This document shows, one piece after another, positions 8,385-18,861 of a DNA stretch of 64,000 nt. A program made the position numbers and the translations under genes. Origin of the DNA: Candidatus Poribacteria bacterium (lineage in GTDB: Bacteria; Poribacteria; WGA-4E; WGA-3G); assembly GCA_965246985.1 (NCBI GenBank), contig OZ251998.1, positions 6,505,657 through 6,569,656 of the forward strand. The letters are read 5' to 3'. Positions within the stretch are counted from its first letter, which is position 1. Each line of letters begins with the position of its first letter. The notes under the pieces were generated by a model. It was not told the DNA's origin, ran no database searches, and saw nothing but the letters and a program-made list of their open reading frames with translations.

Positions 8385-9593
8385 ATGCGAATTATCCTTT
8401 ATACGGGTAAAGGTGGGGTCGGCAAAACCACTATCGCCGCTGCCACGGGTATCAAACTCTCTCAGCTCGGCTATAAGACGATCGTAATCTCACTTGATGT
8501 AGCGCATTCACTCCGTGACGCTTTTGATAACCAGGAAAAACTCGTCCACCAGCGAAAAGAAAAACAGATCCAAATCAATGACAATCTCTGGATACAGGAG
8601 ATTAACGTTCAAGAAGCAATTGTCGAATACTGGGACGACGTTTACAACTATATCCGTTCGTTACTAAATCGTTCGGGACTTGACAGTCTCGTTGCCGAGG
8701 AGATCGCAGTGTTTCCGGGAATGGAGGAGATTTGCGCACTTCTCTATATCAACCAATATGTCCGAGAAAAGAGTTACGATGTAATTATCCTCGACTGTGC
8801 ACCCACCGGGGAGTCGCTCCGGTTCGTTAGTATCCCGACGACGTTGGAGTGGTACATGAGCCACATTTTCAAGTTGGAGCGTAGCTTAGCAAAGATCGCT
8901 GGTCCTATAATCGAAAAAGTGAGTTCGGTTCCCATTCCTCGAGATAACTATTTCCAAAATATCCAAGACCTTTTCAATAAATTGGAAGGGATTGACAATG
9001 TCCTGACAGACCCGAAGATAACAACAGTGCGCTTGGTAACGAACCCAGAAAAAATTGTTATCAAAGAGACACAACGAGCGTTTATGTACTTTTGCCTTTA
9101 TGGACTCTGTATTGACGCAGTGATTATCAATCGCATCTTTCCCGATGGCGTTGATGTGGCATACTTTGAAGCTTGGAAACAGGCGCAGCAGCACTATATT
9201 AAAGAGGCAATGGACTACTTCTCGGACGTGCCAATCTGGAAGGTGAACCTCTTCGCAGAAGAAATTGTGGGAGAAGATGGGCTGCACCGATTAGCAGAGG
9301 CACTCTATTCCGAGATTAATCCGGCAGATCAGTTTTCTCAAGAAAAACCGTATCAATTCAAAAAAACAGCAAATACTTATCAATTGTCTATACGTCTGCC
9401 TTTTCTAAGTAAAGAGGAAATTGGATTGACAAAACATGGCGATGAATTGATTGTCACAGTCGGTAGCTTCAAGCAACACGTCGCATTGCCACGAACCCTT
9501 TCTAATAAAAAAACCACCGGGGCGAAATTGACTGGCGACCAACTCGTGATTACGTTTGAGGGAGAAAATCAGGAATCAGGAAAGATTCGCTGA
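8385..9593 (+). CDS. ArsA/GET3-family P-loop ATPase with a C-terminal Hsp20/CS-like extension
   Basis: MRIILYTGKGGVGKTT Walker A at the N-terminus (deviant Walker A of the ArsA/ParA/MinD clade). About 400 aa. The C-terminal roughly 90 aa (…IRLPFLSKEEIGLTKHGDELIVTVGSFKQHVALP…) resemble an alpha-crystallin/CS beta-sandwich. Plausible promoter TTGCAT-17-TATACT at about 8306-8334. Confidence 0.65.
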   Translation: MRIILYTGKGGVGKTTIAAATGIKLSQLGYKTIVISLDVAHSLRDAFDNQEKLVHQRKEKQIQINDNLWIQEINVQEAIVEYWDDVYNYIRSLLNRSGLDSLVAEEIAVFPGMEEICALLYINQYVREKSYDVIILDCAPTGESLRFVSIPTTLEWYMSHIFKLERSLAKIAGPIIEKVSSVPIPRDNYFQNIQDLFNKLEGIDNVLTDPKITTVRLVTNPEKIVIKETQRAFMYFCLYGLCIDAVIINRIFPDGVDVAYFEAWKQAQQHYIKEAMDYFSDVPIWKVNLFAEEIVGEDGLHRLAEALYSEINPADQFSQEKPYQFKKTANTYQLSIRLPFLSKEEIGLTKHGDELIVTVGSFKQHVALPRTLSNKKTTGAKLTGDQLVITFEGENQESGKIR

Positions 9594-10332
9594 AAAGTGT
9601 ATGGGAACCAAAACCGACAAAGCGGTTTTCACTGTAACAGGTACAACGCTTTTAACGTTCTTAATAGCAAGCCGTATTGGAACTATTTGGATTCTCTATC
9701 CGAATGTGTTGCTTGCGGTCTCTTTATTGTTTTACTGTATCTCACAAACTGATGAAGATGTGTCACTGCTCTCCAGCAGTTCTATTTTTGGGCTCGCAAC
9801 GGTGTTAACCTACGCACCGATGGACTGGTTATTTTCTCGGAAGGCGCGCCTCATCTTCTATCTGCGTTCAGATTTTTTGGCGAATACAACGACACCGATT
9901 GCGATAATTTTAAACTGGGTGGTGTTCGTGACCCTTGCAGCCTACTGTTATCAAAGGCTCACAGCGATTTGCCAAACCCGTTTCGCATCGGATTCTGAAA
10001 ATCGGAGGGGCGGTTTGATAGGAACTGCGATGTTGGCGGCGGGTGTCACGGGCATCGGTGCTGCGGTTGGAAGTATCGTAATTTACGCGCTTGGTGCATC
10101 ACATCTATGGCTATGGAATGCAACGCAGATAGATCGGATACCACAGATTGCATCCGTACCAATTTTTGTGCCCCTCGCTTTTCTATTCACGTTTCTGTTG
10201 TGTCCGTACTTCTTTGGCGTCGCTAATCGTTTTCTGAGGGCGCAACACGCAGGTGTGGCAGGGATACGGTGTGGCATCTTTATGGGGGCACTGCAGTTTC
10301 TCAGTTTTCTGCTGTTTTACGCATGGAAATAG
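9556..10332 (+). CDS. hypothetical polytopic membrane protein
   Basis: Multiple hydrophobic segments and no recognisable family motif. The start may be the internal Met at about 9601. Confidence 0.35.
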   Translation: MREKIRNQERFAEKCMGTKTDKAVFTVTGTTLLTFLIASRIGTIWILYPNVLLAVSLLFYCISQTDEDVSLLSSSSIFGLATVLTYAPMDWLFSRKARLIFYLRSDFLANTTTPIAIILNWVVFVTLAAYCYQRLTAICQTRFASDSENRRGGLIGTAMLAAGVTGIGAAVGSIVIYALGASHLWLWNATQIDRIPQIASVPIFVPLAFLFTFLLCPYFFGVANRFLRAQHAGVAGIRCGIFMGALQFLSFLLFYAWK

Positions 10333-10406
10333 GTGCGGATTGATAAGAAGTTGATTCGTTTGGCAACAAGAGCTTTTAACAACCGCAGGAAAAGGAAATC
10401 ACAAGT

Positions 10407-10943
10407 ATGCGAATTCGTTCAACAACGATTTTAGCCGTTCGGCGCGATGCGCAAGTCGCTATTGCAGGCGATGGTCAAGTCACTTTAGGCGATACAGCGA
10501 TTAAACATGGCGCCCGCAAAATTCGCAAAATCCATAACGACAAAGTGCTGATCGGTTTCGCAGGTTCCGCATCGGATGCAATCACACTCTATGAAAATTT
10601 GGAGAAAAAACTTGAGCAGTACCGTGGGAATCTTCAGAAATCAGCGGTAGAACTTGCACGGGAATGGCGCAGCGATAGGATCCTTAGGCAAGTAGACGCG
10701 CTAATGATCGCTGTAGATGCCAACGACAGTTACCTCATCTCTGGGAACGGCGATGTAATTGCCCCGGACGACGATGTTCTCGCCATCGGGTCAGGTTCAT
10801 CTATGGCACTTGCAGCGGCAAAAGCCATGCTCAAATACTCAGACTTGACCGCAAAAGAGATTGTTTCGGAGGCACTCCAACTCACAAGTGAAATTTGTAT
10901 CTATACCAATGCACGAATTGAAATTGATACAATAGAGATGTAG
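10407..10943 (+). CDS. hslV: ATP-dependent protease subunit HslV
   Basis: 178 aa. TTILAVRRD near the N-terminus (Thr active site after processing). GSGS and AAAKAM motifs. Immediately followed by hslU. Confidence 0.9.
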   Translation: MRIRSTTILAVRRDAQVAIAGDGQVTLGDTAIKHGARKIRKIHNDKVLIGFAGSASDAITLYENLEKKLEQYRGNLQKSAVELAREWRSDRILRQVDALMIAVDANDSYLISGNGDVIAPDDDVLAIGSGSSMALAAAKAMLKYSDLTAKEIVSEALQLTSEICIYTNARIEIDTIEM

Positions 10944-11074
10944 CGCGGTGCTATCCGAGTCGCATCGCCTAACCTATCTCATACACCTAATTGTACGGAA
11001 GCTGCCGGGCATTATCCATACAAAGCGGTTATGAAACAACTGATAGGGTTAATAATTTTTCGGGAGGTTTAACC

Positions 11075-12562
11075 TTGGAGAAATCAAATACAACGCGTGA
11101 AAAGAGCACTTTAGCAGATGCACTCACGCCGCGGCAGATTGTTGAGGAATTGGATAAATATATTATCGGGCAGTTTGAGGCAAAACGTTGTGTCGCTATT
11201 GCCCTCCGCAATCGCGCCCGGCGACAGATGTTAGAAGAAGATATACAAGACGAGGTATCGCCTAAGAACATTATCATGATAGGTTCAACAGGTGTCGGCA
11301 AAACGGAAATTGCACGCAGGCTTGCACGTCTTGTTGACGCGCCTTTCATCAAGGTAGAAGCGTCAAAATATACCGAAATTGGCTACGTTGGTCGCGACGT
11401 TGAATCCATGATTCGTGATCTCACTGAGACAGCCATTAGCCGCGTCAAAGCCGAACAGACCGAGGCAGTTGAGGAAAAAGCACGGGAATTCACTGAAGAA
11501 CGCCTCCTTGATTGTATCTTTCCTATTCCACGCTCTTTGCAGGAGCGTCCTCGTTTAGAAAAGGATATGCTTGACGAACCCGAAGAAGAGGATGATGACG
11601 TGGTCCTCCAGCTGCCTTTCGACCTTGGACCCGATGCGGAAACCGAAGCCGAAGAAGACCGAGATAAAGAGCGAGAACGGCACCTCAAAACCCGCGAGAA
11701 ATTTAGAGAGTGGCTACGCGAAGGTAGGCTTGAGGATAAACCCGTTGAAATCAATGTCAAGGATCAGAGTATGCCTTTTGTTGAAATCTTCTCGCCCGGC
11801 GGCATTGAGGAGATGGATATCAATTTTAAGGATATGTTTAGTAACATCCTCCCGAATCAGACCAAGAAACGACGGATTCCGGTCTCCGAGGCACGCACCA
11901 TCCTGATGCAAGAGGAAGCCGAAAAACTCATTGATATGGATGCTGTTATCAGCGAAGCCATTCAGCGCGTTGAAAACTCCGGTATTGTCTTCTTGGACGA
12001 AATTGACAAGATCGCAGGTAGAGAATCTCGACACGGACCCGATATCTCGCGGGAAGGTGTGCAACGCGATATCCTGCCCATCATTGAAGGTAGCACGGTG
12101 ACATCGAAATACGGCGCAGTGCGCACACACCACATTCTGTTCATCGCCGCCGGTGCGTTTCATGTTTCAAGTCCGTCTGACCTCATCCCAGAGCTACAGG
12201 GTAGATTTCCGATTCGAGTAGAACTGAAAAGCCTCAATAAGGATGACTTCAAATCTATCCTAACGGAACCGAAAAACGCGTTAGTGAAACAGTACGTAGC
12301 ACTCCTTAAAACTGAAGGGATAGAAGCGACTATCACCGACGACGCGATTGACAAAATCGCCGCGCTCGCTTTCCAAGTTAATGAATCGGTTGAAGACATC
12401 GGCGCACGCCGCTTGCACACCATCATGGAGAAACTCTTTGAAAATCTCTTTTTCGACGCACCTGACCTCGATAAAGAAGAAGTTACCATTGATGCCGACC
12501 ATGTCCAATCAGAGTTGGCTGAAATCGTCAAAGACCAGGATTTGAGTAGATATATCCTTTAA
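11075..12562 (+). CDS. hslU: ATP-dependent protease ATPase subunit HslU
   Basis: [32 protein letters not shown] (Walker A) and an I-domain insertion rich in acidic residues. Start proposed at TTG 11075, preceded by GGGAGG 7 nt upstream. The ORF-track start at 10991 looks over-extended. Confidence 0.9.
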   Translation: MEKSNTTREKSTLADALTPRQIVEELDKYIIGQFEAKRCVAIALRNRARRQMLEEDIQDEVSPKNIIMIGSTGVGKTEIARRLARLVDAPFIKVEASKYTEIGYVGRDVESMIRDLTETAISRVKAEQTEAVEEKAREFTEERLLDCIFPIPRSLQERPRLEKDMLDEPEEEDDDVVLQLPFDLGPDAETEAEEDRDKERERHLKTREKFREWLREGRLEDKPVEINVKDQSMPFVEIFSPGGIEEMDINFKDMFSNILPNQTKKRRIPVSEARTILMQEEAEKLIDMDAVISEAIQRVENSGIVFLDEIDKIAGRESRHGPDISREGVQRDILPIIEGSTVTSKYGAVRTHHILFIAAGAFHVSSPSDLIPELQGRFPIRVELKSLNKDDFKSILTEPKNALVKQYVALLKTEGIEATITDDAIDKIAALAFQVNESVEDIGARRLHTIMEKLFENLFFDAPDLDKEEVTIDADHVQSELAEIVKDQDLSRYIL

Positions 12563-12675
12563 TCAGATTGTCGCGGTGATGTTTCCCTCGTACGTATGTG
12601 GTGCAATCGGCGAAGGAATGCTAAGCTCTATCAGGAACCCGCTTGCCCATCCGGTAAGCGGGAGGGAAATTCAAC

Positions 12676-13878
12676 GTGCGACAGTTCCTAATTTTTACCC
12701 TTCTATTCATCTATGCCGCGTTCCTACCCAGCAGCTCTGCCCAAAATGGAACGCAATGGCGCGTACCAGAAGTCGACGCGGCACCCTTTGATGATACAAT
12801 GGTGCCAAATGCCATAGCCTTCTCCGCTGATGGCGCGAAACTCGCTGTTGCAACCGAAAGTGGTATTACCCTTTATGATACCTATACCGGGAAAGAACTG
12901 GCACTGTTTTCTGCACCGCTGGATAATGTGGTAGCGTTGGCGTTCTCACCCGATAATCAGACAATTGCAAGCGCGAGCGAAGATACTACTCTCCACCTCT
13001 GGGACACACGCACCGGTGAACACAGAAAAGATTTCATAGGGCATACCTATCCTGTTGTCGCGTTGGCATTCTCACCCGATGGTAATGCCCTCGCCAGTGG
13101 AAGTTTCAGAGAAACTCGTCTCTGGGACTTAACAACAGACCAGTCTATCCGTGTCTCAGTTCTTAAAGGACACCGGGATATGGTCACCACATTAGCATTC
13201 TCACCTGATAGCAAAACACTTGCCAGTACAAGTTTTTATGGCACGATCTTGTTATGGGATGTAGAAACAGTTCAACTCCGACACAACCTCTCCGCACATA
13301 CAGATTCAATCACAGCACTCGCCTTCTCGCCTGATAATCAAACTTTAGCGAGCGGCGGATATTGGAGTCCAGACGCAGAAAGCACAATTCGTATATGGAA
13401 TGTACACACCGGTCAACTCCTGACAACCGTTGACGGATATACCGATCCAGTTTTCGCCTTAGCATTCTCACCGGGGGCCCCGCCCGTTAACGGGGAAGGG
13501 GAATCGGACAGTATCTATGGAAACACACTCGCAAGCGCGGGTTGGGATAGCGCAATTCGTATGTGGCACCCGCAAACAGGAGAATTGCAAGCAATTTTTG
13601 AAGGTGATTCCGCGCCAATCCTTGCTTTAGCGTTTCTACCAGATAGCCACGGCACCTATAGGAACACACTCGCAAGTGCCAGCCTTGATGGCACAATCCA
13701 GTTGTGGCCCCTAACATCTATACCAAGACCGTGGGATGTCAACGCAGATGGTGTTGTAAACGTTTTAGATTTAACTTTCGTCGCCTCACGCTTCGGGCAG
13801 AAAACACCAGATATCAACGGTGACGGCATTGTAAATATTTTGGATTTGACGTTGGTAGCACAACACATTGGAGAATAG
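12676..13878 (+). CDS. secreted WD40-repeat beta-propeller protein with a C-terminal type-I dockerin module
   Basis: Signal peptide (…FLPSSSAQ). Seven or more WD repeats (LAFSPD…LWD). The C-terminal 46 aa, DVNADGVVNVLDLTFVASRFGQKTPDINGDGIVNILDLTLVAQHIGE, form two Ca-binding D-x-N-x-DG-x-VN-x-LDL segments, which is a dockerin I duplication. Confidence 0.8.
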   Translation: MRQFLIFTLLFIYAAFLPSSSAQNGTQWRVPEVDAAPFDDTMVPNAIAFSADGAKLAVATESGITLYDTYTGKELALFSAPLDNVVALAFSPDNQTIASASEDTTLHLWDTRTGEHRKDFIGHTYPVVALAFSPDGNALASGSFRETRLWDLTTDQSIRVSVLKGHRDMVTTLAFSPDSKTLASTSFYGTILLWDVETVQLRHNLSAHTDSITALAFSPDNQTLASGGYWSPDAESTIRIWNVHTGQLLTTVDGYTDPVFALAFSPGAPPVNGEGESDSIYGNTLASAGWDSAIRMWHPQTGELQAIFEGDSAPILALAFLPDSHGTYRNTLASASLDGTIQLWPLTSIPRPWDVNADGVVNVLDLTFVASRFGQKTPDINGDGIVNILDLTLVAQHIGE

Positions 13879-13888
13879 GAGGTGACCT

Positions 13889-16021
13889 ATGAAGTCTAAG
13901 CAACTCCGTTTCCGTGTAGTCATACCTTCCACGAGCGTTCGCCTTTGCAGCACTATCCAGACGCGATTTTTTAGTTTGGTGGCGTTTTCAATTATCGCCC
14001 TATTTCTGTCGAACACTTATGCCCAAGAATACACCCAAATGGGTTTACCCGAAGGCGCGAAACACCGCATAGGCAAAGGAGGAATAAACGGCGGTATAGC
14101 GTATTCACCGGACGGCACTCGACTCGCTGTTGGAAGTTCTATCGGTGTCTGGATATACGATGCGCACACCGGCGAAGAACTCGCGTTGTTCACTGGACAT
14201 ACGGAAACGGTTTTGTCTGTTGCATTTTCGCCCGATGGAAAAATTCTCGCAAGCGGTGCAGGTAGAAAATGGAATTGGTGGCGAGAAGATAGCGAGATTC
14301 GGTTGTGGGATGCGGATACCGGAGAGCACCTTACTACCTTGACAAGACCCCCAGAAATCGCGTTAGTGTTAGCAGAAACAGGGCAGCTTGAAGTCTGGGA
14401 ACTGGCGTTCTCACCGGATGGTAAAACACTCGCAAGTGCAAGTGGTGATGGGTCAATACGACTCTGGGATATAGAAACTGGACAGTATAGATCTATTCTT
14501 GAAGGAGGGCCTTTTATTTCGTCAGTGGCGTTTTCGCCGGATGGGAATACCCTCGTTAGCGGTGATTGGAACAACATGATTCAGTTGTGGGACGTAGCCA
14601 CCGGACAGCACCGTGCGACTCTCAAAGGACACATGGATCGCGTCTCATCTGTTGCGTTTTCGTCGGATGGTAAAACACTCGTGAGTGGGGGCTGGGACAA
14701 AACGGTTCTGTTATGGAATATAGACACCCGTTCCGTACGCGAGATCCTCACTGAACATACGAGAATTGTCTCATCTGTGGCGTTTTCGCCGGATGGTAAA
14801 ACCTTCGCAAGTGGGGGCTATGACCAGACCATCCGATTATGGGAAGCAGATACAGGAAAACTGCGTACTACCCTCTGGAAACATACAGATTCTGTTGATT
14901 GGATCGTGTTTTCACCGGATGGCAAAACTTTTGCAAGTGCAAGTTACGACGACGAGACAATTCGTTTTTGGGAGACGGATACAGGAGAACAACACATTAC
15001 TATCACAGGGCATTGGCGTTTGGGACCCGCGGCATTCTCGCCGGATAAGAGAACTATTGCAATTGGGAACAAGTCAGATACAATCTGGCTATGGGATGTC
15101 GTTGTAGATCAAAAACTCGCTACGCTCGTTGGGCATTCGAGAGATGTTACTGCTTTAGCATTTTCACCTAACGGTAGCACCCTTGCAAGTGGGAGCTGGG
15201 ACAGAACAGTCCGGTTGTGGGATGTGGCTACTGGAAAACTACGTGTTACCCTTGAAGGACATTCGGACATGGTTAATGCTATTTCCTTCTCCCCAGATGG
15301 CAAGATTTTGGCGAGCGGCGGGAATGCTAATAGGCTAATTTATTTGTGGGATACAGAGACCGGGACCAGACGATCTACCCTCAATACTCACACAACTGGT
15401 GTATCACTGGCATTTTCGCCGGGCGGTCAAACCCTTATGGGAGGAGGAGACGATGGCAAGATTCAGTTGTGGGATGTGAACACCAGCGAACTCCGCACGA
15501 CTATTCAAGATGACGATGGTTCAATTGGTGATGTGACGTTTTCACCTGACGGAAAAACAATCGCTAGTATAAACGGTCACGGTGTCTATTTGTGGGATGC
15601 AGATACCGGTCAACGCCGCACGACGCTTTGGGGGCGTACGGGGTACTATGCTATGTCAGCGTTCTCCACAGATGGCGCAATCGTTGCTGCACCTTGCATG
15701 GGCCACGGCATCTATGTGTGGGATATTCACACCGAAGAGCTATTCACAATCTTAGGTGGACCTACGTCTGAAACCGTTGCCTTAGCGTTTTGGCCCGATA
15801 GCCGTAGCCTTGTCAGCTCAAATTATGCCAGCATTCTCTTATGGGACCTCGCGCCGTATCTTGCCCAAACGCCTTGGGATATCAATGAAGACGGTGTCGT
15901 GAATATCTTGGATTTGACTGCTGTTGCTTCACGTTTTGGAGAGAGTTCACCAGATCTCAACGGTGACGGCATCGTCAACATCTTGGATTTAACACTCGTC
16001 GCACAGCACATCGGAGAATAG
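13889..16021 (+). CDS. secreted WD40-repeat protein (about 14 repeats) with a C-terminal type-I dockerin module
   Basis: Signal-anchor/signal peptide, many AFSPDGKTLASG…LWD repeats, and a C-terminal DINEDGVVNILDLTAVASRFGESSPDLNGDGIVNILDLTLVAQHIGE. Confidence 0.8.
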   Translation: MKSKQLRFRVVIPSTSVRLCSTIQTRFFSLVAFSIIALFLSNTYAQEYTQMGLPEGAKHRIGKGGINGGIAYSPDGTRLAVGSSIGVWIYDAHTGEELALFTGHTETVLSVAFSPDGKILASGAGRKWNWWREDSEIRLWDADTGEHLTTLTRPPEIALVLAETGQLEVWELAFSPDGKTLASASGDGSIRLWDIETGQYRSILEGGPFISSVAFSPDGNTLVSGDWNNMIQLWDVATGQHRATLKGHMDRVSSVAFSSDGKTLVSGGWDKTVLLWNIDTRSVREILTEHTRIVSSVAFSPDGKTFASGGYDQTIRLWEADTGKLRTTLWKHTDSVDWIVFSPDGKTFASASYDDETIRFWETDTGEQHITITGHWRLGPAAFSPDKRTIAIGNKSDTIWLWDVVVDQKLATLVGHSRDVTALAFSPNGSTLASGSWDRTVRLWDVATGKLRVTLEGHSDMVNAISFSPDGKILASGGNANRLIYLWDTETGTRRSTLNTHTTGVSLAFSPGGQTLMGGGDDGKIQLWDVNTSELRTTIQDDDGSIGDVTFSPDGKTIASINGHGVYLWDADTGQRRTTLWGRTGYYAMSAFSTDGAIVAAPCMGHGIYVWDIHTEELFTILGGPTSETVALAFWPDSRSLVSSNYASILLWDLAPYLAQTPWDINEDGVVNILDLTAVASRFGESSPDLNGDGIVNILDLTLVAQHIGE

Positions 16022-16140
16022 AAAGCAGTCGCATGAACCAGCAGCAAAATTACACTACGCAAGAGAATTTACAACTTGACGCAGGACTTATTGTATGGTA
16101 AAATAGCAATGTTAAATCAGATACTAAAAAGAAGGATAGA

Positions 16141-17961
16141 TTGATGAAATTATTACGAATGTGCGCGTCTCTGCTGGTATTGCTTCTCCTCGTTTCTCCG
16201 ATATTTGCTGAGGAAGAGACGGAAACCGAGACAACGCTTCCTGTCAAAAAATACGCTGAGTTCACGCTGAGCGGCACCTACACTGACACCAAAACAGTCA
16301 GCACCTTTGGCACCTCCTCAATAAAGACGCTCCGGGGGCTTTTTAAGAAATTAGATGCGCTCAAAACAGATGATGATCTCGCTGGAGTTATCTTCAAAAT
16401 AGAAGGTGTCAGCTTAGGGTGGGCAACACTCCAAGAAATCCGTACCGAACTGCATGAATTCCGCGATGCAGGAAAAGAGACGATCAGTTATCTGGAAAGC
16501 GGTGGTAACGCCGAATATCTTCTCGCTGCGACAATGGATCGCATCGTTCTTATGCCTACCGGAAGTCTCAATCTAACAGGCTTACGCGCCGAAGTTCTCT
16601 TTTACAAAGGACTTTTGGACAAATTGGATATTGAGGCAGACATGTTGGCAATGGGGAAATACAAATCTGGCGTTGAACCCTATATGCGCGATGGCATGTC
16701 GGATGAATTCCGTGAGTCAATGACTGCGCTGCTTGACGATCTGTACGCCCAATTGCTGAACCACATTGCTGAGAGTCGAGACGGTATTTCCACGGAAACG
16801 GCATCGGATTTGATAAACCGCGGTCCTTTCACAGCAGAAGAGGCAAAGCAGGAAAAATTAGTTGACGCTTTGCAATACTACGACGAATTAGTGACGGCGC
16901 TAAAAGCTGCATCTGAAGACGAAGAGGTACAGGTCGTCAAGCCGAGTTTTGAACGTAAGCGGACGGTCCCCGATATGAATAGTTTAGCTGGACTTATGCA
17001 GCTGTTCAGTATGTTGAATCCACCTCAGCGTGCGCGTGCTGCTGGCGAGAATCAGATCGCGCTTATCTATGCCAGCGGCCCCATTTTACCCGATATTGAT
17101 TCGCCTTTCATCTTAATGTCAGCGATTACGCCGGACGCATTAAAGAAGGCATTTCAGAAAGCACGCACCGACGATTCCGTTCGGGCAGTCGTGCTACGTA
17201 TAGACAGTCCTGGCGGTTCTGCACTCGCTTCTGACTTGATTTGGCGAGAGGTGATGCTCACACAACGCGAGAAACCGGTTGTGGTTTCGATGGGGAATGT
17301 TGCTGCCTCTGGCGGTTACTATATAGCGATGGCAGCCGGAACGATTGTTGCACACCCCAGTACACTGACGGGTTCAATCGGTGTATTCGGCGGTAAACTG
17401 AATCTGAAGGGACTTTATAACAAAGCCGGTTTGACCAAGGAGATTATCTCACACGGGCAGAACGCCACCCTCTATTCGGACTACGGCGGTTTTACACCGA
17501 CCGAGCGGGAACGCGTCGGAAAGATGATGAAAACCGTCTATGAAGATTTTGTCAGCAAGGCGGCAGCGGGCAGAGGTAAGTCCTTTGACGAAATTGATGA
17601 GATCGCACAAGGACGTGTCTGGACGGGAAAACAGGCGAAGGAGATCGGGCTCGTTGATAAACTCGGGGGGCTTGATACGGCACTGTCTATTGCCAAGGAA
17701 CAGGCAGGGTTCGCTGAGGACGACAAAGTTAATCTTATCATTTTACCAAAGCAGCGTCCCCTTTTTGAACAGCTAATGGAGCAGATACTTGAAGATACGG
17801 AGGGTTCAATTCAGCTTCCGCTACAATTGGCATCAAATCATCCTCTGCTGTCTATGTTAGGGACGCAGTCGCAGCATATCATTACGTGGCTGAGCCTGTT
17901 TGGTTTTGAAGATGGAACACAAATCGTGACAATCTTACCTTATGATATTTTAATTCGGTGA
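16141..17961 (+). CDS. sppA: signal peptide peptidase SppA (67K type, protease IV)
   Basis: 606 aa with a signal peptide. Tandem ClpP/crotonase-like S49 domains with …RIDSPGGSALASD… and …MGNVAASGGYYIA… motifs. Confidence 0.85.
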   Translation: MMKLLRMCASLLVLLLLVSPIFAEEETETETTLPVKKYAEFTLSGTYTDTKTVSTFGTSSIKTLRGLFKKLDALKTDDDLAGVIFKIEGVSLGWATLQEIRTELHEFRDAGKETISYLESGGNAEYLLAATMDRIVLMPTGSLNLTGLRAEVLFYKGLLDKLDIEADMLAMGKYKSGVEPYMRDGMSDEFRESMTALLDDLYAQLLNHIAESRDGISTETASDLINRGPFTAEEAKQEKLVDALQYYDELVTALKAASEDEEVQVVKPSFERKRTVPDMNSLAGLMQLFSMLNPPQRARAAGENQIALIYASGPILPDIDSPFILMSAITPDALKKAFQKARTDDSVRAVVLRIDSPGGSALASDLIWREVMLTQREKPVVVSMGNVAASGGYYIAMAAGTIVAHPSTLTGSIGVFGGKLNLKGLYNKAGLTKEIISHGQNATLYSDYGGFTPTERERVGKMMKTVYEDFVSKAAAGRGKSFDEIDEIAQGRVWTGKQAKEIGLVDKLGGLDTALSIAKEQAGFAEDDKVNLIILPKQRPLFEQLMEQILEDTEGSIQLPLQLASNHPLLSMLGTQSQHIITWLSLFGFEDGTQIVTILPYDILIR

Positions 17962-17965
17962 TCTT

Positions 17966-18772
17966 ATGAAATCCAAGACTGACTTTCATGTTGACTTAAC
18001 TGACGAACAAATCGCCTTCTTTCAAGAGAACGGATACCTGAGCATCCCGCGTATCACAACAGATGAAGAGGTTGAATGGCTCAAGGGCATTTACGATGAA
18101 CTCTTTACGGATCGCACTGGTGAAGCACAGGGTCGCTATTTTGATCTTGCGGGTCCACGGGCACACAACGGACAGGAAACTTTGCCACAAGTATTGGGTC
18201 CAGAGGCGCAATACCCTGAACTTCGCGAGACTGTCTATTTCCAAAATGCGCAGCGGCTCGCCGCGAAATTGCTCAGTGTAGAGACTGAAAAGGTTAGCGG
18301 CGGCGGACACATGATTTTGAAACCCGCACACTACGGCAATGAAACCCCGTGGCATCAAGATGAAGCGTACTGGAACCCCGAAGTCTTGCCGCATAGTCTG
18401 AGTGTCTGGCTTCCGCTTGATAAAGCGACGCTTGAGAGTGGGTGTCTCCAATTCATCCCGAAATCGCACAAGGGTGATGTGCGTTGGCATCGGCACATCG
18501 ACAATGATCCGCTCGTACACGGCTTAGTGACAGATGATGTTGATGTATCAGAGGCAGCTGCTTGTCCGATACCTGCGGGTGGCGCGACTTTCCATCACTG
18601 TCGGACTCTGCACCATTCCGCACCGAATAGCACAGCAGAAGCACGTAGAGCGTATATCCTCGTCTTCAGTGGACCCCCACAAAAACTGGATAAACCGGCG
18701 AAGCGTCCGTGGCAGACTGAGGAGCAAGAAGCACTCGCGGCACTGAAATCGTTAGCGGCAAAGCGAGTATAA
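17966..18772 (+). CDS. phytanoyl-CoA dioxygenase (PhyH) family Fe(II)/2-oxoglutarate oxygenase
   Basis: WHQDEAYW (H-x-D) plus a distal His (…TFHHCRTLHHS…). 268 aa. Confidence 0.75.
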   Translation: MKSKTDFHVDLTDEQIAFFQENGYLSIPRITTDEEVEWLKGIYDELFTDRTGEAQGRYFDLAGPRAHNGQETLPQVLGPEAQYPELRETVYFQNAQRLAAKLLSVETEKVSGGGHMILKPAHYGNETPWHQDEAYWNPEVLPHSLSVWLPLDKATLESGCLQFIPKSHKGDVRWHRHIDNDPLVHGLVTDDVDVSEAAACPIPAGGATFHHCRTLHHSAPNSTAEARRAYILVFSGPPQKLDKPAKRPWQTEEQEALAALKSLAAKRV

Positions 18773-18861
18773 GACGCATCCGTTTACGTAAGGCGATGTC
18801 TCAGTGTCTTTCCAGTTCCTTGTATTTGTCTACAGTCAACCAAAAGGTGGTATTTGAAATT

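Noticed and set aside
11029-12531. Several antisense or alternate-frame ORFs within hslU (for example 11383..11760 Ser/Arg-rich, 11714..12163, 12160..12531)
   Set aside because: The sense-strand HslU reading frame is continuous and conserved; these are spurious.
14017-15303. Antisense ORFs inside the WD40 gene (14017..14577, 15109..15303, 14105..14329)
   Set aside because: Typical shadow ORFs produced by repetitive WD40 coding sequence. They are Ser/Pro-rich and low complexity, with no ribosome-binding site.
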